Assembly (NCBI GenBank): GCA_050248375.1
Contig: JBFWSL010000001.1
Location: 1 to 42,470 of the forward strand
Direction: 5' to 3'
Length of the DNA: 42,470 nucleotides
Source of the DNA: Hyphomicrobiales bacterium
Lineage (GTDB): Bacteria; Pseudomonadota; Alphaproteobacteria; Rhizobiales; Methyloligellaceae
This document shows, piece after piece, positions 34,692-42,470 of the stretch. Below the pieces are notes generated by a model. The model searched no databases, had not been told where the DNA came from, and saw nothing but the letters and a program-made list of their open reading frames with translations. Position 1 is the stretch's first letter, and each line of letters starts with the position of its first letter. The position numbers and the translations under genes are program-made.

Positions 34692-37600
34692 TCCGCTGCC
34701 TCCAGGCTTTCGGCGGCCGGGCGTTCCAGCCAGTCGATATTGTCCATCTTGCGCACGATCACGAACTCGTCCCGGTTCGATCCCACCGTGCCGTAGTAGT
34801 TGAAGCCGTAGGATTGCTGCGCGTAGCCGCCGATCATGTGCGTGGGCTTCACGGTCGCCCGCGTCACGGAGTTATGGATGCCTCCGCGATGGCCGGTTAT
34901 CTCCGAGCCGGGCACGTTCACGATCTTCTCCTGCGCGTGATACATGAAGATCGTGCCTTCCCGGATGCGCTGCGATACGACCGCCCGCGCCACCAGCGCG
35001 CCGTTGGCGTTGTAGGCCTCGACCCAGTCGTTGTCGGCGATGCCCGCCTTGGCCGCGTCGGTCTCGCTCAGCCACACGATGGGACCGCCGCGGCTCAGCG
35101 TCAGCATCAGCAGATTGTCGGTATAGGTGGAGTGGATGCCCCACTTCTGATGCGGAGTGATGAAGTTCAGCACCACCTGCGGCTTGCCGTTGTCCTTCTC
35201 GTCGATGACGGCGGCGACGGACCTGGTGTCCACCGGCGGCCGGTACACGCAGAGGGACTCGCCGAAGGCCCGCATCCACAGGTGATCCTGATACATCTGC
35301 TGCCGGCCGGTCAGCGTTCGCCAGGGGATCAGCTCGTGGACGTTGGTATAGCCGGCGTTGTAGCAGACCTTCTCGGATTCCAGGCCCGACCAGGTCGGCG
35401 ACGAGATGATCTTGCGCGGCTGCGCCACCACGTCGCGGAAGCGGATTTTCTCGTCTTCCTTCGGCATGGCCAGATGGGTGTGGTCGCGGCCTGTATTCCT
35501 GCCGAGCGCCTCCCATGCCTTGACGGCGACTTCGCCGTTTGTCTCCGGCGCCAGCATGAGGATCACTTCCGCGGCGTCGATGTCGCTCTCGATCCGCGGC
35601 ATGCCCCGGGTCGGCCCCTCGTCGGTGACCCGGCCGTTCAGATTGCCGAGATTGTCCACTTCATGGTCGGTCTTCCAGGTAATGCCCTTGCCGCCGTTGC
35701 CGATGGTGGTCATCAGCGGTCCCAGAGCGGTGAAGCGCTTGTAGACGTTTGGATAGTCGCGCTCGATGACGGCGATGTTGGGCATGGTCTTGCCCGGCAC
35801 CGGCGTCTTGCCGGCGGACTTCCAGTCGTCCACGCCGAAGGGCTGGGCGATTTCGCCGGGCGTGTCGTGCTGGATCGGGGTGAGCACCACATCCTGCTCG
35901 ACACCGAGGATTTCCGGCGCCACCTCGGAGAACTTCCTGGCGATGCCCTTGTAAATCTCCCAGTCGCTCCTGCACTCCCAGACCGGGTCCACCGCCGAGG
36001 TCAGCGGATGGATGAAGGGGTGCATGTCCGATGTGTTGAGATCGTTCTTCTCGTACCAGGTGGCCGTCGGCAGCACGATGTCGGAGTAGACGCAGGTCGT
36101 GGACATGCGGAAGTCGAGCGTCACCAGCAGGTCCAGCTTTCCCTTCGGCGCTTCGTCATGCCAGGTCACTTCGAGCGGCTTTTCCTGGCCCGTCTCGCCC
36201 AGGTCCTTGCCCTGGACGCCATGGCTGGTGCCGAGCAGGTGCTTGAGAAAATACTCGTGCCCCTTGCCGGAGGACCCGAGCAGATTGGAGCGCCACACGA
36301 ACAGGTTGCGCGGCCAGTTGACCGGATCGTCCGGGTCTTCGCACGACAGCTTCATCTTGCCCGAGGCGAGTTGATCGACGACGAAGTCGTTCGGGTCCTG
36401 GCCCGCCTTCTTCGCCGCCTTGGCGATCGAGAGCGGATTGGCGGCAAGCTGCGGAGCCGACGGCAGCCAGCCCATGCGCTCGGCACGAACGTTGTAGTCG
36501 ATCAGTGCGCCGTCCCAGGGGCCCTCGGGCGCCGTCGGCGACACGATGTCGGAAACGGGAAGCGTTTCGTAGCGCCACTGGTCGGTATGCGCGTACCAGT
36601 AGGAGGTCGAGTTCATCTGCCGCGGCGGGCGCGCCCAGTCGAGCGCGAAGGCGAGCGGGAGCCAGCCGGTCTGCGGACGCAATTTCTCCTGGCCCACATA
36701 GTGTGACCAGCCGCCGCCCGACTGGCCGACGCAGCCGCACATAACCAGGAGATTGATGATCCCCCGGTAGTTCATGTCCATGTGGTACCAGTGGTTCAGG
36801 CCGGCGCCGAGAATGACCATGGAACGGCCTCTGGTCTTTTCGGCATTCAGCGCGAACTCGCGGGCGACCGCGATGATCTGCTGTCGCGACACGCCGGTGA
36901 TGGCTTCCGCCCAGGCCGGGGTATAGGGCGCGTGGTCGTCATAGGTCCTGGCCACGTTCTCGCCGCCAAGCCCGCGGTCCAGGCCGTAGTTGGCGACGAA
37001 GAGATCGAACACGGTAGCGACGGGCACCTCGCTCTTGCCGAGCTTGATCATCTTCACCGGCAGGCGACGGTGGAGGATGTCCGGGTGCTCCGTTCCCGCG
37101 AAATGGTCGTGGTGGCGGTTGCCGAAATAGGGGAAGTCGACATCGAGCACGTCGTCATGGTCCTCGTCCTGGACCAGGCTCAACTTGAGCGACACCTCCT
37201 GGCCCTTGGCGTCCTTCGGTTCCAGGTTCCACTTGCCCTGCTCGCCCCAGCGGAAGCCCACCGAACCGACGGGAACCACGACCTTGCCGCTCGCGGCGTC
37301 GATGGCGACCGTCTTCCATTCCGGGTTGTTCTTCTCGCCGAGCCCGCCCTTGAAGTCGGAGGCGCGCAGCAACTGTCCGGGAATCCAGCGCCCGTCGCGC
37401 TTCTCCAGCCGCACCAGCATTGGCATGTCGGTGTAGCGGCGAACATAGTCCTCGAAATAGGCCGCCTGGCGGTCGAGATGGAACTCGCGCAGGATCACGT
37501 GGCCCATGGCCAGAGCCAGTGCCGCGTCCGTGCCCTGCTTGGGATGCAGCCAGATGTCGGCGAATTTCGACGCCTCGCTGTAGTCGGGCGAGACGACGAC

Positions 37601-38434
37601 GCTCTTGGCGCCCTTGTAGCGGACCTCGGTGTAGAAATGCGCGTCGGGCGTGCGCGTCTGCGGTACGTTGGAGCCCCAAAGCATCAGGAATCCGGAGTTG
37701 TACCAGTCGGCCGATTCCGGGACGTCGGTCTGCTCGCCCCAGGTCTGCGGACTGGAAGGCGGCAGGTCGCAATACCAGTCGTAGAAGGACATGCACACAC
37801 CCCCGAGCAGCGAGAGGTAGCGCGAGCCGGCCGCGTAGGAGACCATCGACATGGCCGGGATCGGCGAGAATCCGGCAATCCGGTCCGGACCGTAGGTTCG
37901 GCAGGTATAGGCGTTGGCGGAGGCGATGATCTCGTTGACCTCGTCCCAGTCGGCGCGGACAAACCCGCCCATGCCGCGCTTGGTGACATAGGAGGCGCGC
38001 TTCTGCGGGTTCTCGACGATCGCCTTCCAGGCCGCGACCGGCGATAGCGTGGCACGAGCTTCGCGCCAGGCTTTCAGCAGCCGGGCACGCACCAGCGGGT
38101 ATTTCACCCGGTTGCCCGAGTAGAGATACCAGGAATAGCTGGCCCCGCGGGAACAGCCGCGCGGTTCGTGGTTGGGAAGGTCGGGACGCGTGCGCGGATA
38201 GTCGGTCTGCTGCGTCTCCCAGGTGACGATGCCGCCCTTGACGTAGATCTTCCACGAGCAGGAGCCGGTGCAATTCGCCCCGTGGGTGGAGCGGACGACC
38301 TTGTCGTGCTGCCACCGCTTGCGGTAGCCGTCCTCCCAACTGCGGTCCTCGCGCAGGGTGACACCGTGACCGCCGGAGAACGTGCCGGCGCGCTTGCTGG
38401 AAAGAAAGTTCAGACGGTCCAGAAGGTGACTCAT
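34688..38434 (-). CDS. narG: Respiratory nitrate reductase alpha subunit
   Basis: 1248 aa. FS0 motif HGANCTGSCSW (H-x3-C-x3-C). GGAGGA SD. 4-nt overlap with narH. Confidence 0.97.
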   Translation of the reverse strand: MSHLLDRLNFLSSKRAGTFSGGHGVTLREDRSWEDGYRKRWQHDKVVRSTHGANCTGSCSWKIYVKGGIVTWETQQTDYPRTRPDLPNHEPRGCSRGASYSWYLYSGNRVKYPLVRARLLKAWREARATLSPVAAWKAIVENPQKRASYVTKRGMGGFVRADWDEVNEIIASANAYTCRTYGPDRIAGFSPIPAMSMVSYAAGSRYLSLLGGVCMSFYDWYCDLPPSSPQTWGEQTDVPESADWYNSGFLMLWGSNVPQTRTPDAHFYTEVRYKGAKSVVVSPDYSEASKFADIWLHPKQGTDAALALAMGHVILREFHLDRQAAYFEDYVRRYTDMPMLVRLEKRDGRWIPGQLLRASDFKGGLGEKNNPEWKTVAIDAASGKVVVPVGSVGFRWGEQGKWNLEPKDAKGQEVSLKLSLVQDEDHDDVLDVDFPYFGNRHHDHFAGTEHPDILHRRLPVKMIKLGKSEVPVATVFDLFVANYGLDRGLGGENVARTYDDHAPYTPAWAEAITGVSRQQIIAVAREFALNAEKTRGRSMVILGAGLNHWYHMDMNYRGIINLLVMCGCVGQSGGGWSHYVGQEKLRPQTGWLPLAFALDWARPPRQMNSTSYWYAHTDQWRYETLPVSDIVSPTAPEGPWDGALIDYNVRAERMGWLPSAPQLAANPLSIAKAAKKAGQDPNDFVVDQLASGKMKLSCEDPDDPVNWPRNLFVWRSNLLGSSGKGHEYFLKHLLGTSHGVQGKDLGETGQEKPLEVTWHDEAPKGKLDLLVTLDFRMSTTCVYSDIVLPTATWYEKNDLNTSDMHPFIHPLTSAVDPVWECRSDWEIYKGIARKFSEVAPEILGVEQDVVLTPIQHDTPGEIAQPFGVDDWKSAGKTPVPGKTMPNIAVIERDYPNVYKRFTALGPLMTTIGNGGKGITWKTDHEVDNLGNLNGRVTDEGPTRGMPRIESDIDAAEVILMLAPETNGEVAVKAWEALGRNTGRDHTHLAMPKEDEKIRFRDVVAQPRKIISSPTWSGLESEKVCYNAGYTNVHELIPWRTLTGRQQMYQDHLWMRAFGESLCVYRPPVDTRSVAAVIDEKDNGKPQVVLNFITPHQKWGIHSTYTDNLLMLTLSRGGPIVWLSETDAAKAGIADNDWVEAYNANGALVARAVVSQRIREGTIFMYHAQEKIVNVPGSEITGHRGGIHNSVTRATVKPTHMIGGYAQQSYGFNYYGTVGSNRDEFVIVRKMDNIDWLERPAAESLEAAE

Positions 38435-38447
38435 TTTGTCCTCCGGT

Positions 38448-41234
38448 TCAGGCGGTTGCCGGGCGCGCGTTCGTGCGGCGGCGTCGGGTGGCGGTCCGGG
38501 CGCCGTATTTTCCCGGCGGCTTCGCGCCGCCGCCGCCGCGTTCCGCCGCGTAGAGCAGGCCGTCCTTGCGCGTGTAGACGTACCAGGTGACGATGGCGCA
38601 GGTGACGTAGAAGGCCATGAACCCCCACAAGGCCGCCTCCGGTCCGCCGGTCAGTGAGATCGACGATCCATAGGCCTTCGGGATGAAGAAAGCGCCATAG
38701 GCGGCGATAGCCGAGGTGAAGCCGATGATGGCCGCGGACTCCCGCTCCGCCTGGCGCAACCGCTCGTCTTCGTTCAGCCGTGGCATCAGCCGCGGCACCT
38801 CCAGGCGCATGATCGTCGGGATCATCTGGAATGTGGAGGCGTTGCCCACGCCGGTCGCAAGGAACAGCAGCATGAACATGGCGAAAAAGCCCCAGAACGC
38901 GCCGGGCTGATCCTTGACGGCCAGGAAATAGAGCACGCCGCCCACCGCGCCGATCATCATCAGGAAAACCCAGAAGGTTACCCGTCCGCCGCCATAGCGG
39001 TCCGACAGCCAGCCCGTCGCCGCCCGCGACAGCGCGCCCACGAGCGGCCCGAGGAACACGAACTTGAGCGAGTCCACCTGCGGGAACTGGGTCTTTGCCA
39101 GCAGCGGGAAGCCCGCCGAATAGCCAATGAAGGACCCGAAGGTGCCGGTATACAGCCAGCACATGATCCAGTTGTGTGTACGCCTGAATATGATGGCTTG
39201 GTCCGCAAAGGACGCCTTCGCGCTGGCCAGGTCGTTCATGCCGAACCACGCAAGCACCGTGGCGACGATCAGAAATGGCACCCAGATGAACCCTGCATTC
39301 TGGATCCACAGCGCGCTTCCGTCCGGCAAGGTCTGCGCGCCGCCGCCGATCGCGCCAAAGACTCCCACCGTGACGACCAGTGGAACGAGGAACTGCATCA
39401 CGCTTACTCCGAGATTGCCCAGGCCGGCATTGACTGCCAGCGCATTGCCCTTCTCCGCCTTGGGGAAGAAGAAGCTGATGTTGGCCATGGAGGAAGCGAA
39501 GTTGCCGCCGCCGAAGCCGCACAGCAGAGCTAGCACCAGAAAGATCAGGTAGGGCGTCTCGGGATTCTGCACCGCGTAGCCGATGCCGAAGGCCGGAATC
39601 AGCAGTGACGCGGTGGACAGCGTCGTCCACAGCCGGCCTCCGAAGATCGGCACCATGAACGAGTAGAAGATACGGAGTGTCGCGCCCGACAGTCCCGGAA
39701 GCGCGGCCAGCCAGAACAACTGGTCGGTGGTGTATTTGAAGCCGATCGCCGGAAGTTTGGCGACAACCACGCTCCATACCATCCACACCGAGAAGGCGAG
39801 GAGGAGGCAGGGAATGGATATCCAGAGGTTCCGCCGCGCAACCGCGCGCCCGGTGCGGTCCCAGAAGGCCCGGTCCTCCGGACGCCAGTCGTCGAGCAGA
39901 TAACTCGGCCGCGCGTGCCTGGCCGGCACATGGATTTCCGCCATTTCCGGCAACTGCGGCAGCTTCGCGAGATCAGGTTCGCGGGAGGCGCGCTCCATGC
40001 GGATGACGGACACATGCATCCACACGAGGGCGACGGCGACCAGGGCGAACAGCAGCATGAAGCAACTGGTCCATACGCCCGTCAGGTCGTTCATCGCGCC
40101 GAACACGATCGGCAGCACGAAGCCGCCGAGACCGCCGATCATGCCGACGAGGCCGCCGACCGAGCCGACGTTCTTGGGATAATAAACCGGGATATGCTTG
40201 TAGACCGCCGCCTTTCCCAGCGACATGAAGAAGCCGAGAACGAAGACAAGCACAACGAAAGGCACCAGCCCCATGGACGTGGTGAAGGCGATCGGACCCT
40301 TGATGCCGTGGATAACGTAGTCTGTCTCGGGGTAGGACAGCATGAAAGTCGCGATGGCCGACACCCCGAACGTCCAGTACATGATGGTGCGGGCGCCGTA
40401 GCGGTCGGACAAGTGTCCGCCATAGGCCCGAAAGATGCTGGCCGGGACCGAATAGAAGGCGGCGAGCATGCCGGCGGCCTTGATGTCCAGGCCGTAGACG
40501 CCGACGAGATATCGCGGCAGCCAGAGCGCCAGCGCCACGAAAGCTCCGAACACGAAGAAGTAGTACAGCGAGAAGCGCCACACCTGCAGGTTCATCAGCG
40601 GCTTGAGTTCGAGCCAGGTGCTGGCTGCCTTCTGGCCCTTCGCCTTGCGCGCCTTGAGAACCGGATCGTCCTCGGTCGTGAACCAGAACACGATTGCGGT
40701 GACCACGAGCGCCGCCGCCCAGACCTGCGCGACCGTCGTCCAGCCGTAGGCGACCAGCACGAAAGGAGCGAGGAGCTTGGTGACGGCGGCACCGACGTTG
40801 CCCGCGCCGAAGATGCCGAGTGCGGTTCCCTGCTTTTCCGCGGGATAGAAGCGCGACACATAGGCAATGCCGACCGCGAAGGAGCCGCCGGCCAGTCCCA
40901 CGCCAAGCGCTGCGAGGAGCATCATCTCGTAAGTGGTGGCGTAAGACAGGAGGAAGGTCGCGATCGCGGCAGCGATCATGACGCCGACATAGACGATGCG
41001 CCCCCCATACTGATCGGTCCAGATGCCGAGGAACAGTCGGGTCAGCGAACCGGTGAGAATCGGGGTGCCGACCAGCAGGCCGAACTGCGTGTCGCTCAGT
41101 CCGAACTCCTGCTTGATGCGCACGCCGATGATCGAAAAGATCGTCCAGACGGCGAAGCAGACCGTAAAGGCGATCGTGCTCATGCCGAGAATGCGGTTCT
41201 GTTCGGATTTGGCGGGAATGGTGGCGCCCGACAT
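38448..41234 (-). CDS. narK: Fused NarK1-NarK2 nitrate/nitrite transporter (two MFS modules in one 928-aa polypeptide)
   Basis: Two complete 12-TM halves joined by a hydrophilic linker (...RMERASREPDLAKLPQLPEMAEIHVPARHARPSYLLDDWRPEDRAFWD...). The second half opens with RRNLWISIPCLLLAFSVWMVWS, the NarK N-terminal signature. Confidence 0.9.
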   Translation of the reverse strand: MSGATIPAKSEQNRILGMSTIAFTVCFAVWTIFSIIGVRIKQEFGLSDTQFGLLVGTPILTGSLTRLFLGIWTDQYGGRIVYVGVMIAAAIATFLLSYATTYEMMLLAALGVGLAGGSFAVGIAYVSRFYPAEKQGTALGIFGAGNVGAAVTKLLAPFVLVAYGWTTVAQVWAAALVVTAIVFWFTTEDDPVLKARKAKGQKAASTWLELKPLMNLQVWRFSLYYFFVFGAFVALALWLPRYLVGVYGLDIKAAGMLAAFYSVPASIFRAYGGHLSDRYGARTIMYWTFGVSAIATFMLSYPETDYVIHGIKGPIAFTTSMGLVPFVVLVFVLGFFMSLGKAAVYKHIPVYYPKNVGSVGGLVGMIGGLGGFVLPIVFGAMNDLTGVWTSCFMLLFALVAVALVWMHVSVIRMERASREPDLAKLPQLPEMAEIHVPARHARPSYLLDDWRPEDRAFWDRTGRAVARRNLWISIPCLLLAFSVWMVWSVVVAKLPAIGFKYTTDQLFWLAALPGLSGATLRIFYSFMVPIFGGRLWTTLSTASLLIPAFGIGYAVQNPETPYLIFLVLALLCGFGGGNFASSMANISFFFPKAEKGNALAVNAGLGNLGVSVMQFLVPLVVTVGVFGAIGGGAQTLPDGSALWIQNAGFIWVPFLIVATVLAWFGMNDLASAKASFADQAIIFRRTHNWIMCWLYTGTFGSFIGYSAGFPLLAKTQFPQVDSLKFVFLGPLVGALSRAATGWLSDRYGGGRVTFWVFLMMIGAVGGVLYFLAVKDQPGAFWGFFAMFMLLFLATGVGNASTFQMIPTIMRLEVPRLMPRLNEDERLRQAERESAAIIGFTSAIAAYGAFFIPKAYGSSISLTGGPEAALWGFMAFYVTCAIVTWYVYTRKDGLLYAAERGGGGAKPPGKYGARTATRRRRTNARPATA

Positions 41235-41312
41235 GGTATCTCCCTCGCTGGGACGACGTCACGTCTGCTGCCGTCGTCGCAACGAGAGTTCGCGCTTGGC
41301 TCCCCGGGGCCG

Positions 41313-41326
41313 TTGATCTGAGTCAA
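41313..41326. promoter_or_regulatory. FNR/NarR-type box TTGAT-CTGA-GTCAA, about 85 nt upstream of the narK ATG
   Basis: Read directly. 9/10 match to TTGAT-N4-ATCAA. Confidence 0.65.
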
Positions 41327-41427
41327 GAAGCCGCTCTGGCGCGGCAAAAACAAGCGTCGGCGTCTCGCTGTTTGGCCCGTGGTTTGAGCGATGAAGGAAA
41401 CGGCAGGCGCATGCGCAAGCCATACAC

Positions 41428-41441
41428 TTGATATTTGTCAA
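41428..41441. promoter_or_regulatory. FNR/NarR-type box TTGAT-ATTT-GTCAA, about 34 nt upstream of the narR ATG
   Basis: Read directly. Its half-sites are identical to those of the first box. Confidence 0.65.
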
Positions 41442-41468
41442 ACGAGGCTGTTCGGGTTTAGATGAACC

Positions 41469-42167
41469 ATGCGCGATGAGGATTTGCCGGCGGTCAGGGC
41501 GATTCCGCTCTTTGCGCGGATGGAAGAAGAGCACTTCCAGCCGCTCATGCGCGCCGCGTATTTCCAGCAGTTTCCGGAAGCCGTGCATTTGATCCGGGAG
41601 GGCGATCGCGCCGATTTTCTGCATGTGCTGTTCGATGGCGCGGTCGAGCTGTTCGCGGCCGGCAACGGGCGGGAATCCCTCGTGGATGTCGTTCGGCCCT
41701 ATCAGACCTTTATTCTGGCGGCGGTTGTCCGGGACGCCGTGCATCTGATGTCGGCGCGGACAGTCAGCGTATCGAAGGTGCTCATGATCCCTTCGCAGAA
41801 CATCCGCGAAGCCTTCGAGGCGGATGCGGCGTTCGCGCGCTCGGTGGTTCTTGAGCTGGGCGGACGCTACCGCGGCATGGTCAAGGCGCTGAAAAACCAG
41901 AAGTTGCGGACCTCGGTGGAGCGGCTGGCCAATTATCTGCTGCAGGAGCTTGAGGCCCAGGGCGGCACGGACAAGCTGGTGCTTCCGATGGAAAAGCGGG
42001 CGCTTGCTTCGCTGCTGGGCATGACGCCGGAGAATCTCTCCCGCGCCTTCGGAACGCTCGGTCCATATGGCGTGAGTGTGGAAGGCCCGGCGGTCCGCCT
42101 CACCAAGCTGCGCGACCTTCGTGTGCTGGCGAAGCCGAACCCGCTCATCGATGACCCGGAAAATTAA
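41469..42167 (+). CDS. narR: Crp/Fnr-family regulator without an N-terminal Cys cluster (NarR/NnrR/Dnr type)
   Basis: 232 aa. cNMP-like fold. Recognition helix with the E--SR motif (PENLSRAFG). No Cys in the first ~100 residues. Divergent from narK, as described for Paracoccus denitrificans narR. Confidence 0.8.
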   Translation: MRDEDLPAVRAIPLFARMEEEHFQPLMRAAYFQQFPEAVHLIREGDRADFLHVLFDGAVELFAAGNGRESLVDVVRPYQTFILAAVVRDAVHLMSARTVSVSKVLMIPSQNIREAFEADAAFARSVVLELGGRYRGMVKALKNQKLRTSVERLANYLLQELEAQGGTDKLVLPMEKRALASLLGMTPENLSRAFGTLGPYGVSVEGPAVRLTKLRDLRVLAKPNPLIDDPEN

Positions 42168-42346
42168 TTGGCCGGGCGCCCGTCTGCGCAGGGATGGATC
42201 CTGACCGTGAGCGGGGAGGCCTCCAGAGGGGCGGGTCAAACAGCCATGGTGCTATTTGCCACCCTCGCAATCAACCGGGATTGATCGTATCTTTCTGCTG
42301 CTACATAGAATAACTGAAGCGAAAAGAAGGGCCTCCGGGAGGACGT

Positions 42347-42470
42347 ATGTACGAGATCGGGCATTTCATCGGCGGGCGCAAGGTCGCCGGCGGCAGCGGC
42401 AGGACGGCGGATATCTACAACCCCGCCACCGGCGAGGTTCAGGGCAAGGTTGCCCTGGCGAGCAAGGAAG
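42347..42470 (+). CDS. mmsA: Methylmalonate-semialdehyde dehydrogenase (CoA-acylating), N-terminal fragment; continues beyond the window
   Basis: GGGAGGA SD, then MYEIGHFIGGRKVAGGSGRTADIYNPATGEVQGKVALASKE, a typical MmsA N-terminus. Open to the window end. Confidence 0.75.
   Translation, partial: MYEIGHFIGGRKVAGGSGRTADIYNPATGEVQGKVALASKE

Noticed and set aside
33309-38047. Plus-strand ORFs 33309..34625, 34814..36706 (630 aa) and 36782..38047
   Set aside because: They run antisense to narH and narG, whose identity is unambiguous. These are shadow ORFs.
39915-42239. ORFs 39915..41321 (+), 39973..41262 (-, frame-shifted relative to narK) and 41259..42239 (-)
   Set aside because: They overlap narK or narR in other frames or on the other strand, and have an Arg/His/Asp-rich non-protein-like composition. 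The narK and narR frames carry the family motifs.

Overview
High-GC chromosomal segment, Alphaproteobacteria-like: the tRNA-His lacks G-1, and it carries a fused NarK, a NarR-type regulator, phasins and an AsmA protein. I call about 37 CDS and one tRNA. I saw no rRNA, CRISPR array, IS element or integrase.

Layout:
- 1-2.8 kb: aminotransferase-fold gene tail, alanine dehydrogenase, AbrB-family membrane protein.
- 3.0-6.9 kb: poorly characterised envelope/signalling patch. It holds an orphan BcsS-like outer-membrane protein, a degenerate receiver protein and a 508-aa secreted Cys-containing protein. AT-rich control regions and a 745-bp non-coding stretch flank it.
- 6.9-12.2 kb: orphan polyamine-type binding protein, AsmA-family protein, acetoacetyl-CoA synthetase.
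- 12.2-17.2 kb: a split Fe(3+) ABC locus. fbpA and fbpB are present but no ATPase. A PiuC-type oxygenase and two uncharacterised proteins interrupt it.
- 17.5-21.9 kb: serine hydrolase, soluble PleC/DivJ-like histidine kinase, two tandem phasin genes with TGC-N3-GCA boxes, tRNA-His.
- 22.0-28.8 kb: LysR regulator divergent from a nitrilase fused to an unusual five-gene NitT/TauT-type ABC importer (binding protein, then permease-ATPase-permease-ATPase). An AraC-gene remnant and a REP-like double hairpin follow it.
- 29.3-42.2 kb: respiratory nitrate reductase operon narK(fusion)-narGHJI-ppiC-nnrS, with divergent narR and two TTGAT-N4-GTCAA boxes.
- The window ends in the start of mmsA.

Most interesting candidates:
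- the nitrilase-linked heteromeric ABC system with one apparently degenerate ATP site;
- the ATPase-less iron locus with a Cys-rich protein and an acidic Gly-rich periplasmic protein;
- the pseudo-receiver / secreted-protein / BcsS-like patch;
- the DUF1127-like Cys-motif protein at the nar boundary.

Limits: all family assignments come from motif recognition by eye, with no database search. CDS coordinates derive from the ORF track. Hand-placed motif coordinates may be off by 1-2 nt.
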